From: a virus
Strand: one strand, 5' to 3'
Length of the DNA stretch: 64,000 bases
IMG/VR virus record: IMGVR_UViG_3300027909_000003
Each line of letters begins with the position of its first letter. Positions within the stretch are counted from its first letter, which is position 1. Shown in pieces: positions 42,760 to 51,185 of the stretch. The notes beneath the pieces are model-generated. The model was not told where the DNA came from and ran no database searches. It was given only the letters and a program-made list of their open reading frames with translations. Made by a program: the position numbers and the translations under genes.

Positions 42760-43994
42760 TAGGCCATCACCTCATCAGTCACGGCTGCTCCAGCAATGAC
42801 AGCTTCCAACTGCAGGCGGAATGCTTCGCCAATTGCCGACCACTGTAACGATGGACGAGCAGTAAGTGCCAGTCCACGCTCGCTGAATTCTCGGCGCAGT
42901 TCCTTATAGGCGTACATGCGCCACAAAGCTCTGACCGTCTCGTCCCTATCTGGCACTCCACCAATGGTGTACGGAAACATATTCAATGGAGCTGAGAGCG
43001 CTGTTGCTGTGCAAGGCACCTTCATCACTGCATCTTCTGGCCACTCTCCTAGTGCGCTCCAATCTGGAACGATGCAAGGAATCCCACAGGCCATGGCTTC
43101 ATGCGTTGTCAGGCCCCAACCTTCGCCTTGTGTCGTGGTAAGGACGACGTCGAACGCTCTATACACTTCTGCCATCGTATGCTCGCTGAGCTCATTGCCA
43201 ATGCTCGGCACATTCATCATGATCCGATTCTTCAGAACAGAGCCATAGTATGCAGCCACCGCTCTGACATCGCACGCCTTTTCACCAGTCGCAGCGATGT
43301 GCAAAAAGAGATGAGCATCCGGGACATTGTGCCTTTCAATGAACTCAGCAAAGTAAGCTATGGCCAAATCGATCCTTTTACGAGGCTGATTTCGCCCAAC
43401 GACGCCGACGATGAATGCATTCATCGGCACTTCCGGCGGGCAAATTAGCAGACGAGCCTCATTGCGATCGCCAGGCTTGAACACAGAAGTATCCACACCT
43501 AGCGGAACGATTGAGGAAGTGCCGGTGTAGCCGCCCTTACGCAGCTCATCGATAGCAAATTGCGTCCATGTAACGATGTGTGCAAGTTGATTCAATTCAT
43601 CACTCATCGGATGATTTTTTGCATCAACTGCAAGCCACCCCACGACCGGAATTCCTTCAACTCCTTTTTCCTTGAGAGAGTCAAAGTACTCGTCAACGTT
43701 CCATGGATCCTGAAGCAGCACAATCACGTCAGGCTGGAGATCAGAGGCGAGCACCGCCAAGCGCTGTGCCCCAAACAAGTCACCCTTGCCGCGTCGTTGT
43801 GCCACATAGATCGGATATGGATATCGTTGCTGTAGTTGCCATCCACTTGCATCTGCTTGCGAGTCTCCAGACTCGTTAATACCAAGTACAGCAACCTGAT
43901 GCCCTGCAGCATGCAATGCACCGCATGCCGCACGCGTACAGCGAGCAAACCCTGTGCTCACAGTCGGCGCGTCACCAACCCAGAGGACCTTCAA
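42759..43994 (-). CDS. GT-B glycosyltransferase (GT4/GT1-like)
   Basis: N-terminus (M)KVLWVGDAPTVSTGF and EX7E motif region TTQGEGWGLTTHEAMACGIPCIV. TTG start coupled (TTGA) to the upstream small ORF. Confidence 0.8.
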   Translation of the reverse strand: MKVLWVGDAPTVSTGFARCTRAACGALHAAGHQVAVLGINESGDSQADASGWQLQQRYPYPIYVAQRRGKGDLFGAQRLAVLASDLQPDVIVLLQDPWNVDEYFDSLKEKGVEGIPVVGWLAVDAKNHPMSDELNQLAHIVTWTQFAIDELRKGGYTGTSSIVPLGVDTSVFKPGDRNEARLLICPPEVPMNAFIVGVVGRNQPRKRIDLAIAYFAEFIERHNVPDAHLFLHIAATGEKACDVRAVAAYYGSVLKNRIMMNVPSIGNELSEHTMAEVYRAFDVVLTTTQGEGWGLTTHEAMACGIPCIVPDWSALGEWPEDAVMKVPCTATALSAPLNMFPYTIGGVPDRDETVRALWRMYAYKELRREFSERGLALTARPSLQWSAIGEAFRLQLEAVIAGAAVTDEVMA

Positions 43995-44197
43995 TGTCTT
44001 ACCTCGCCAACTTCGCCGACAGATACGCCGAATGCACTACGCTTTACATTGTGAATCTGTCCATTGCTTATCTTGACGCGAATCCTGTTTGGAGTCTTAT
44101 TGTCGAGCAGCACGACAGTCTCACCAGCCCTGAGCAATATGTCGCAGCACAACACACGCAGATCGCTTCTGAGGGTATAAGTCTTACCGATTTTCAC
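43991..44197 (-). CDS. Hypothetical small protein within the glyco-cassette
   Basis: ORF 43991..44311 trimmed to GTG at 44197 (GTGA overlap with the methyltransferase stop): VKIGKTYTLRSDLRVLCCDILLRAGETVVLLDNK... Confidence 0.4.
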   Translation of the reverse strand: MKIGKTYTLRSDLRVLCCDILLRAGETVVLLDNKTPNRIRVKISNGQIHNVKRSAFGVSVGEVGEVRH

Positions 44198-45441
44198 GCC
44201 GCCACTTCCTTCTCGCCAATCTGCACGACGCCTGGGAGAGGGAACAGCAAGTTGCCACCAGCTCTGAGGAACTCGCGCTCGCGCGCGATGATAGAGTCGC
44301 GGAAGTGCCACGGCATTACTAGAAACTGGTCTGGCCTCATAGCGTGCGCTTCTCGTTCTGAGATAATTGGGATCATCGACCCAGGAGTGAAGCAGCCAAA
44401 CTTCTCCTCATTCACCTCCGCGAAATACGGAAGCTCACGGCTAGTCAGGCCACAGTACTGCAGGATTACATTACCCTTGGTTGATGCTCCGTATCCGAAA
44501 GTCCTGGTCCCACGAGCTGAAGAGCGAGACAAAGCAGAACACAAAGAGTCGCGATGCGAAGCAACAGAGGAGGCGAACCGACTGTAAGTGCTAGCTGTGA
44601 TCGATTCTTCTTCGCGAAGCAATTCGTACACAGCCGGTTCCGTTCGATAATTTGACGCAGCGTGAGCCATCACGACTGCAAAACTACCACCATTCGCATT
44701 CGTTCTCGTTACATCAATCACGCGCAGGCCTACACAACGCGCAATATATGCAATTTGCCGCAATCCGTAATATTCCACGTGCTCGTGGCATACAGTATCG
44801 TAGGAGTTCTGATACATCATCGCTGGCATGTAGCTCTGTTCGGAGACCCAAATTCCATCGTCAGCAAGTACATCTGCAACATCACGAGCAAACCCCACAG
44901 GGTCAACCAAATCGTAGAACATCGCGATGGATGTAACTAGCTTCGCCTTCTTACTCCCGAAGCAACGTTGCCAGAGTGCTTCTGTGAAAAAGTCAGGAAT
45001 TTTCTCAATGTGATCAGGATAGTAGTGACCGAATTTACGAATGGTTGGATCCACTCCAACCAGAGTCACTCCTGGCGCAAAAAAAGACAACAAGGTCCCA
45101 TCATTACTGCCAATGTCCAGAACAATGTCGGGCTCTTGCAGTGTATCAACATGGGACATTGCGAATGAACAAACATGACGTAAGTGCTCGATCATCGCCT
45201 TGTTCAATCCAGAACGATATCCGTATCCATCACCATAAAGCAAGTGTGCCGGATAAACATGCCGCAATTGAACAAGCCCGCAATCGCCAACACATCGCAC
45301 AAGCCGTAACGGGCCTTCAGGAACAGCTTCATCAAGACTCGCAGGGAACAATCCTGTCAATGACTGCACACCCAAATCGAGCACTGGAATTAGGTCATTA
45401 CAACCACATACCAGACACCCAGCTGTGAGCGTGCCGATCAC
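44194..45441 (-). CDS. Sugar C-methyltransferase-type enzyme (zinc-ribbon N-domain, class I SAM MTase, C-methyltransferase C-domain)
   Basis: CLVCGCNDLIPVLDLGVQSLTGLF...PLRLVRCVGDCGLVQL matches the Methyltransf_13 zinc-binding N-domain. VLDIGSNDGTLL is the SAM loop. Start trimmed to GTG at 45441 (GTGA overlap with the GT2 stop). Confidence 0.75.
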   Translation of the reverse strand: MIGTLTAGCLVCGCNDLIPVLDLGVQSLTGLFPASLDEAVPEGPLRLVRCVGDCGLVQLRHVYPAHLLYGDGYGYRSGLNKAMIEHLRHVCSFAMSHVDTLQEPDIVLDIGSNDGTLLSFFAPGVTLVGVDPTIRKFGHYYPDHIEKIPDFFTEALWQRCFGSKKAKLVTSIAMFYDLVDPVGFARDVADVLADDGIWVSEQSYMPAMMYQNSYDTVCHEHVEYYGLRQIAYIARCVGLRVIDVTRTNANGGSFAVVMAHAASNYRTEPAVYELLREEESITASTYSRFASSVASHRDSLCSALSRSSARGTRTFGYGASTKGNVILQYCGLTSRELPYFAEVNEEKFGCFTPGSMIPIISEREAHAMRPDQFLVMPWHFRDSIIAREREFLRAGGNLLFPLPGVVQIGEKEVAA

Positions 45442-46238
45442 AGCGCCACCATAGCTTCTTGATTTACCCTGTCGTACTGTGGACCATAAGGTGAATGCCT
45501 CGTCTCTGGAGCAATCCGAAGAGAAAGACCTGGATTGTTCCATGGCAAAGTAAGCGTCTCTTCGCCATTAGGACCGCCCCACTTTCGACAGTAGTAATTC
45601 CTATTGCGCACAAAGGTGTCGTGGTTGCGACGATTCACCTCTGGGTCACGATAGATAGTGCCACTCCCGACGTGAGAGACAGAGGTTCCCTCGCACACTG
45701 TCTGGCCCAAGCCTGACAGAGTCGCGCGTCGACCATAGTCGCAGTCTTCAAAATATGCAGGGAACAGATTTTCATCGAAGCAACCAAGAACCTCAAGTGC
45801 AAGTGGCTGTAGTGCGAAGCATGAATAGCCATGAGAAGAAACGGCCCTCTTGGCGCGCTCATGGTATCCACCGCACACAACTATGAAACCATCACGATGG
45901 TTCACTGCGTGCTCTGCCATGCGCCTCAGGTCACCAGCTCCAAACACAATGTCGTCATTAGCGATGATCACGACATCTGCACCATCTTCATAGCAGGCAA
46001 GCACACCTTCGTTCCAAGCACGTGCGAGACCTGCATTGTGCCGAATATCGCGCAATTGACACGCCGAGCCGTACCGCGCCGCAACATCATGGCAAGCCTG
46101 CACAGTTTCCTCATCGTTGGAGTGTAGGAACAATTCAAAACGCAAGGCATCGCTGAGAGTGAAACCATCAGCGCTATCAACCAAACGAACCAAGTCACGT
46201 CCAGAATTGTACGCTGCGATTACCAATCCGATGTTCAT
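45438..46238 (-). CDS. GT-A glycosyltransferase (family 2-like)
   Basis: GLVIAAYNSGRDLVRLVDS and the DxD region VVIIANDDIVF. Confidence 0.75.
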   Translation of the reverse strand: MNIGLVIAAYNSGRDLVRLVDSADGFTLSDALRFELFLHSNDEETVQACHDVAARYGSACQLRDIRHNAGLARAWNEGVLACYEDGADVVIIANDDIVFGAGDLRRMAEHAVNHRDGFIVVCGGYHERAKRAVSSHGYSCFALQPLALEVLGCFDENLFPAYFEDCDYGRRATLSGLGQTVCEGTSVSHVGSGTIYRDPEVNRRNHDTFVRNRNYYCRKWGGPNGEETLTLPWNNPGLSLRIAPETRHSPYGPQYDRVNQEAMVAL

Positions 46239-47641
46239 GCCTGTACCTTTTTCAATACTAGTGATGCAAACGTATAACCGTGCACGTGTGCTCCGCGATC
46301 AGTATAGTCTGGCGTCCCGAGCAATTCAAACCCAGGCGCATCGTTGATCAAGCGGCTCAAACGCGCGACATTATACGTTCGCAGATGCCCAGATACTTGT
46401 GGAACTCCGTCTGGCCAAAAGTCCACAGTAAGGATAAGCAGACCGCCTGGCCGCACGAAGCTCTGCAAGCGACGAAAGAAATCGCGATCTTCCTCGATGT
46501 GTTCCAATACTGATAGACATGTTACTGCATCGTAAGTCCTCCGATCATCATAACTCATGATGTCTTGCTGATGATAAACCAAAGGACGCCCAAGCGTCCA
46601 GGCTTGATGAGCGACCCATTCCAAACAATCGCCAGGGTCAACCTGGACCACAGTAATTCCAAGCGACGCGGCAGCGGGAGCGAAGACAGAGCCGCCACCA
46701 CCCACATCTAACACCGAGAAGCACTCACGCGATCGCAGCACATTGAGCGCCAGTCCATACTCCCATGCGCGTAGAGGGTGCTCAAAGCGGTGGGCGACGC
46801 TGGCGAGTTGCTCGTTGATGTTAAGGACGATTGCAGACTCCTCGAAGTTGTCTGCAGGATCATATGTCTTCGAGTAAATGATAGGCTGCCTGGCATTGAT
46901 GCCAAGAGAGTACAGAATATCGATCGCCGACGGGTTAACAAGATAGTGGTTATACGGTGACTGCACCCAATGTCGCTCGTCCCAAGAGCGCCCGTCGTGT
47001 GGCACCACCTTCGGCATTGAGAAGCCATTAGCAAGCACGAGCATTGCCGAAGACAACCCAAAAAACCCGCCGGAATCGGCAAGCCACGGCAAGATCTCTA
47101 ACATGTCAAGGCCCGTCAGATCGAGGCTGCGCCCTCTGCCAATATACTCACCAAATGCGCCAATTTCGACGACTGGTATAGGACTCAGGCCAATTACCTC
47201 ACGGAACAAATCCGCATAGCTCGTCTCGCCACGAGCTGCCAACACTGTGTACGATCCGCTGCCAAGCGTCGCACGCTGATAGAAGTCGTAGCGAACATCG
47301 CAGCCTCGCCAGTCAATTCCAGACTGAGAGGCAATGAACTCATTGAGTGGCCGATCAGGAATCGTCCTAAACCCCAGGTGATGCACAGCGTCATAGCCAT
47401 CTGGCACTGGCATTTGCCATGGCTGAACGCCGCAATCAGCGCGCTCAGGAATGTAGTCGCCAGCTACTATAGCGTGTCGTATATAAGGTTGTGCTTGTAC
47501 AAGATCGAGAATGGGCCGGCAATACTCGCTCGTGTAGAAGTCAGCCTTACAACCATGAATTTGGCACAGCGCACGCACTGTAGGCAATGCGTAGAGCGCG
47601 TCGCCAATCTTACCAGGATGGGTGCAAGCAATCACTCGCAA
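46235..47641 (-). CDS. Fusion protein: GT9 (heptosyltransferase-like) glycosyltransferase plus class I SAM methyltransferase
   Basis: N-terminus MRVIACTHPGKIGDALYALPTVRAL is GT9-like. C-terminal VLDVGGGGSVFAPAAASLG...LSVLEHIEEDRDFFRRLQSFVRPGGLLILTVD is a SAM MTase. Confidence 0.7.
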   Translation of the reverse strand: MRVIACTHPGKIGDALYALPTVRALCQIHGCKADFYTSEYCRPILDLVQAQPYIRHAIVAGDYIPERADCGVQPWQMPVPDGYDAVHHLGFRTIPDRPLNEFIASQSGIDWRGCDVRYDFYQRATLGSGSYTVLAARGETSYADLFREVIGLSPIPVVEIGAFGEYIGRGRSLDLTGLDMLEILPWLADSGGFFGLSSAMLVLANGFSMPKVVPHDGRSWDERHWVQSPYNHYLVNPSAIDILYSLGINARQPIIYSKTYDPADNFEESAIVLNINEQLASVAHRFEHPLRAWEYGLALNVLRSRECFSVLDVGGGGSVFAPAAASLGITVVQVDPGDCLEWVAHQAWTLGRPLVYHQQDIMSYDDRRTYDAVTCLSVLEHIEEDRDFFRRLQSFVRPGGLLILTVDFWPDGVPQVSGHLRTYNVARLSRLINDAPGFELLGTPDYTDRGAHVHGYTFASLVLKKVQA

Positions 47642-48006
47642 CCTCGATCATAGGTCTTGGTGATGACTGTGATTCCATCCTCACCAAAAAGTTGGTCGAT
47701 GTGTTGCACCAATCTTGTCCTGTGAGCATTCAATCGCTGCGCTTGACGTGCTGCGGCAGCAGTTGTCTTATCGTCTTGATCAGACATGACGATTTCCTGC
47801 GCCAACCAAGTAGCACGAAGAACAATGGCGAGATCGAAAATGAGGACACCGGCACCATCGCCCAAGTGACGATCGAGTGCATCAACGAGCATCCACATGC
47901 GCGCGGCAAGCTGTGCGTCACCATCTGGTTTCTCTGAAATGCGAAACGCCAGCGTCGCAGCCTCATCCACTAACTGTCCTGTGCTCTTTACCTCGATGCT
48001 GCTCAT
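47632..48006 (-). CDS. Hypothetical protein (between the connector genes and the glyco-cassette)
   Basis: 124-aa ORF in register. Confidence 0.5.
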   Translation of the reverse strand: MSSIEVKSTGQLVDEAATLAFRISEKPDGDAQLAARMWMLVDALDRHLGDGAGVLIFDLAIVLRATWLAQEIVMSDQDDKTTAAAARQAQRLNAHRTRLVQHIDQLFGEDGITVITKTYDRGCE

Positions 48007-48386
48007 CCGAGAAACACCTCTGTGGCAACAGGGATGCCAGTCACTGCATCAATGAATCCTGCCATATCAAGAATTGGCCCAGTAGTCCCGTCAGGAAGCG
48101 TGATCTTGTCGTCGTCACCGATGCCTGCGCCACCAGTGGCTGCCACAAGCGCATCGATGTCGAGGAATGTCACTGCAGCGCGGCTGACAGTAAGCAACCC
48201 TGTGGTCGTGCGCACTTGTGTTTGCTTCCAATCCACGATTGCTTTTAGATCAACTGCTGCTGCGTATGTTTTGTCGCCAAATCCATCTTGCCCAGTGAAT
48301 CTTTCGTAAGAGACTGAAGGTTGCAGATCCTTTGTTACCTTATCGGCAACCTTTACGCCCGAGCGAATGACACCTAGCAAACCCAT
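48003..48386 (-). CDS. Head-tail adaptor / head closure protein
   Basis: 127 aa; assigned by position after the gp6-like connector. Confidence 0.45.
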   Translation of the reverse strand: MGLLGVIRSGVKVADKVTKDLQPSVSYERFTGQDGFGDKTYAAAVDLKAIVDWKQTQVRTTTGLLTVSRAAVTFLDIDALVAATGGAGIGDDDKITLPDGTTGPILDMAGFIDAVTGIPVATEVFLG

Positions 48387-48389
48387 TGG

Positions 48390-48995
48390 CTACATAGCAC
48401 TCAAAGACGCACGGAGCGCCGGAGTGATGACCTCATCAGTAAGCCAACTGGGCACCAGCAATTCCATAACAGCATCAGGCAACACCTGCCGCTCGATCAT
48501 TTCCTTGAATGTCACAGCCACCGAACCTGCACGCACAGAAGTGATTCCCTGAAGCGACACATCATTATCAAGCGTGCGATCAACGATGAGCAATTGCCCA
48601 GCCAACTCAAATTGAGCTTCCTTTAAGGATTGCGGAATTGATGTAGAGCCAGTGCTTGGAATAGCCCTTCCAAGTCGATCAAACATTCCCTCGCGCCCCC
48701 ACGCCAGCGCCTGTGTCGCTGTGGCCACTGTGCCTGTCCACGCGCGTGAAGTAATGTAATACGGGTATCCCTTTGGTCCACCTGCCTTATCGCGGTGCAG
48801 TCTCTTGCGTGCCACCGCGAAAGAATCCAGCACGCGTGTGGCCATGATCAATGCTGCCTTTTTCGGCTCACCAGTACCTGTTGGCCATGGCGTTGCTAGT
48901 GGCACACGAGCCTCAAAATAGAGGTCTGCCTCTGCCAATGTCCCGTAGGAATTTGCAGCCGCGTGCCCAGGCGTCGCTTCAATGGTCAATGCCAC
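48390..48995 (-). CDS. gp6-like head-tail connector protein
   Basis: N-terminus ...AAANSYGTLAEADLYFEAR is typical of the phage gp6-like head-tail connector family. Confidence 0.6.
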   Translation of the reverse strand: MALTIEATPGHAAANSYGTLAEADLYFEARVPLATPWPTGTGEPKKAALIMATRVLDSFAVARKRLHRDKAGGPKGYPYYITSRAWTGTVATATQALAWGREGMFDRLGRAIPSTGSTSIPQSLKEAQFELAGQLLIVDRTLDNDVSLQGITSVRAGSVAVTFKEMIERQVLPDAVMELLVPSWLTDEVITPALRASLSAM

Positions 48996-49001
48996 AGCAG
49001 T

Positions 49002-49355
49002 CTACCCTTTCAGCTCTGCGCGCTTTGCATCGAGAGAGTCGAGCACACCCTTGCGATTCTTGCCATCTTCCTCGGCCTTGGCCACGGCATCAACCTGTGC
49101 GACCGTAGTGAGGTTGGCAATTTCAGCAACTGCGTCAGCTACCGTGCCTTCCAGAAAACCGAATGTCTGAGGCAACTGTGACTGCTGTGGTTGCTGAGAC
49201 GTGTCGACAGGCCGCTTCTGCCAGACCAACTCGAATCGATCCAGAAGACCCGCAGCACGATCATCATCCATTTCCAACTCATCACCAGCCTTCAACACCT
49301 TGCCACCTTCGTAGTGCTCGTTGCCAGGCTTCAGTCTATATGTGCCCTTATTCAT
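49002..49355 (-). CDS. Hypothetical head-associated protein with a C-terminal HeH/SAP-like motif
   Basis: ORF 49002..49412 trimmed to ATG at 49355 (ATGA overlap). C-terminus TVADAVAEIANLTTVAQVDAVAKAEEDGKNRKGVLDSL. Confidence 0.5.
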   Translation of the reverse strand: MNKGTYRLKPGNEHYEGGKVLKAGDELEMDDDRAAGLLDRFELVWQKRPVDTSQQPQQSQLPQTFGFLEGTVADAVAEIANLTTVAQVDAVAKAEEDGKNRKGVLDSLDAKRAELKG

Positions 49356-49642
49356 CTTGTAGCCTCCTTCGTAACTCGGATCACTCGTTCGCTTTCTCTC
49401 GGCGGCCACCACTTGATGCTATCTGTCGTATTCCCGAGCGCATCTTCTAGATAGAGCACATCTCCGGCCTGCAGCAACTTGATTATAACAGACTGCAAAG
49501 GCGAGTCATAATGCAGTTCAACTTGCCGACCAATGTCTGCTCCTTCATCATCAAGCAAACGCGTAACTGTGAATTTGGAACAAGGAGGAATCTCCTCCTT
49601 GGTCCATTCACCACCGGAGTTGCGAACTACCTTAACAAACAT
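49352..49642 (-). CDS. Hypothetical small protein downstream of the capsid gene
   Basis: 96-aa ORF in register. Confidence 0.5.
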   Translation of the reverse strand: MFVKVVRNSGGEWTKEEIPPCSKFTVTRLLDDEGADIGRQVELHYDSPLQSVIIKLLQAGDVLYLEDALGNTTDSIKWWPPRESERVIRVTKEATR

Positions 49643-49657
49643 ACCTATTCCAATGCT

Positions 49658-50686
49658 TTACGAAATGACGTAGATGCCGCTGCGATCAGCCGCCGTGGCC
49701 CGGACCACTGGCACCTGAATGGCGAACACCTTCATCGCCACTGCCATACCGCCGTAGATGTCCCACTGAATGGTCTGAATGCCCTCGCCGTCGGCGATGG
49801 CGACCACGTCACGGGTGGCCTGGAACACTGTGATCGTGTTGGCCGGCTGCTGATCAGCAATGATGATCTTCTGCAGACCCTTGATCTTCATGATGCGATC
49901 GTTGATCGTGACGCCAGGATACAGCGTGCTGTAATCGACGTCGACTACATCACCATAGGCGCCAGGGAGCAGAACCCAATACGGACCATAGAACCGCTTG
50001 GTCCGCAGCACGGCGACCGCCGTGCGAATGTCGTTGAACATGTCGAGGCCGGTCTTGGCGACCTGTGCCCAGTTGCCGTTGGTGCCGAAACCACCGGTGT
50101 TGCGCTTGGGGTGGTTGTTGAGGCCATAGACTGTCTGACCACCATAGGTCGGACCACCGATGATTGTCATCTCCTCAATCTTCTCACCAACCAGCCCGCC
50201 CGACAGGCCGACCTGCAGCGTGTCGAGCGGCTCGCCACTATCACGGCTCGCCTCCAGAGAACGCAGGCCGATATTGAAGTCCTTGTGTGTGATGGGAAGC
50301 GGCACACCGAGGTGGTCGAACTCGGTGCGATCATTGTCGCTGCGAGCCAATCCGTCAAGCGACACGATGGCAGGAGTCATGTTGGTGATCCTGTCCCACT
50401 GGAACACAGTCTTGCCCATCGCGTTGGGGATGGGGATTCGCAGGCCTGCAGCCAACAGGTCGGTGACGAGCGGAGAGCGGACCAACCCCTCGCGCACCGC
50501 TACCTTATCGAACTCAATCCATGCATTGAACGGAAGTGTGTCGAGGGTGCGCAGCTCCTTGGGGCTGAGCTTACGCCCTTCCTTCAGGGCCTTGAGCAGC
50601 TGCTCGCCGGCCCACCGACCGCCGGTATCGCCGCTGCTCATGAATGCGTTGGCGCCATCGACGCGCGCCGGAGTAGCTTCGGACAT
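49658..50686 (-). CDS. Major capsid protein (HK97 fold, encapsulin-like family)
   Basis: 342 aa after the scaffold and decoration genes. The N-terminal region (…LDTLPFNAWIEFDKVAVREGLVRSPLVTDLLAAGL…) resembles encapsulin/Linocin-type capsid proteins. Confidence 0.75.
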   Translation of the reverse strand: MSEATPARVDGANAFMSSGDTGGRWAGEQLLKALKEGRKLSPKELRTLDTLPFNAWIEFDKVAVREGLVRSPLVTDLLAAGLRIPIPNAMGKTVFQWDRITNMTPAIVSLDGLARSDNDRTEFDHLGVPLPITHKDFNIGLRSLEASRDSGEPLDTLQVGLSGGLVGEKIEEMTIIGGPTYGGQTVYGLNNHPKRNTGGFGTNGNWAQVAKTGLDMFNDIRTAVAVLRTKRFYGPYWVLLPGAYGDVVDVDYSTLYPGVTINDRIMKIKGLQKIIIADQQPANTITVFQATRDVVAIADGEGIQTIQWDIYGGMAVAMKVFAIQVPVVRATAADRSGIYVIS

Positions 50687-50714
50687 CTCAGGTTCTCCTT
50701 GCGCTCTGGCGCGG

Positions 50715-51149
50715 TTAGAGGATAATCACAACGAGGCGGTCGCCGCCAGCAGCACTCGACGGAGACTTGTCGTATGCAGCACGTGCGATGGGCTTGGTGG
50801 TACCAGCCTTCAGGCGCCCGGCACCGTCCGACTCCAGCTCAGCACCATCAACGAAGGTGCTGCCCGAGTCGACGATGGCATTGACGCGTTCCCCAGTCTT
50901 GAAGAAGCCGGCCTTGATGTAATCGAGCGCAGCGTATGCCACGTCGATGCCCTGGCCAAGCTCATCGCGCTCCAGCGCGAACCAGGGACCAGCAGCGCCA
51001 GACGCCGTGGCATGCTTGCGCCACTTGCCGGCGTTGACCTCGATGAGATGGCCAGGCGTGATCGCAGCGCTGGCCTGCTTCTGCTCGTCGACATTCGGCT
51101 CGCCGCGCACTGCGATGACGCGGCTGCCGGTCTTTTCGCTTCCAGCCAT
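50715..51149 (-). CDS. Head decoration / DUF2190-like protein
   Basis: 144 aa between the scaffold and the capsid gene; Gly/Ala-rich beta-type sequence. Confidence 0.45.
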   Translation of the reverse strand: MAGSEKTGSRVIAVRGEPNVDEQKQASAAITPGHLIEVNAGKWRKHATASGAAGPWFALERDELGQGIDVAYAALDYIKAGFFKTGERVNAIVDSGSTFVDGAELESDGAGRLKAGTTKPIARAAYDKSPSSAAGGDRLVVIIL

Positions 51150-51185
51150 GGTTATTGTTCTCCTTGTACTTTCTTGTCGTTTTTC

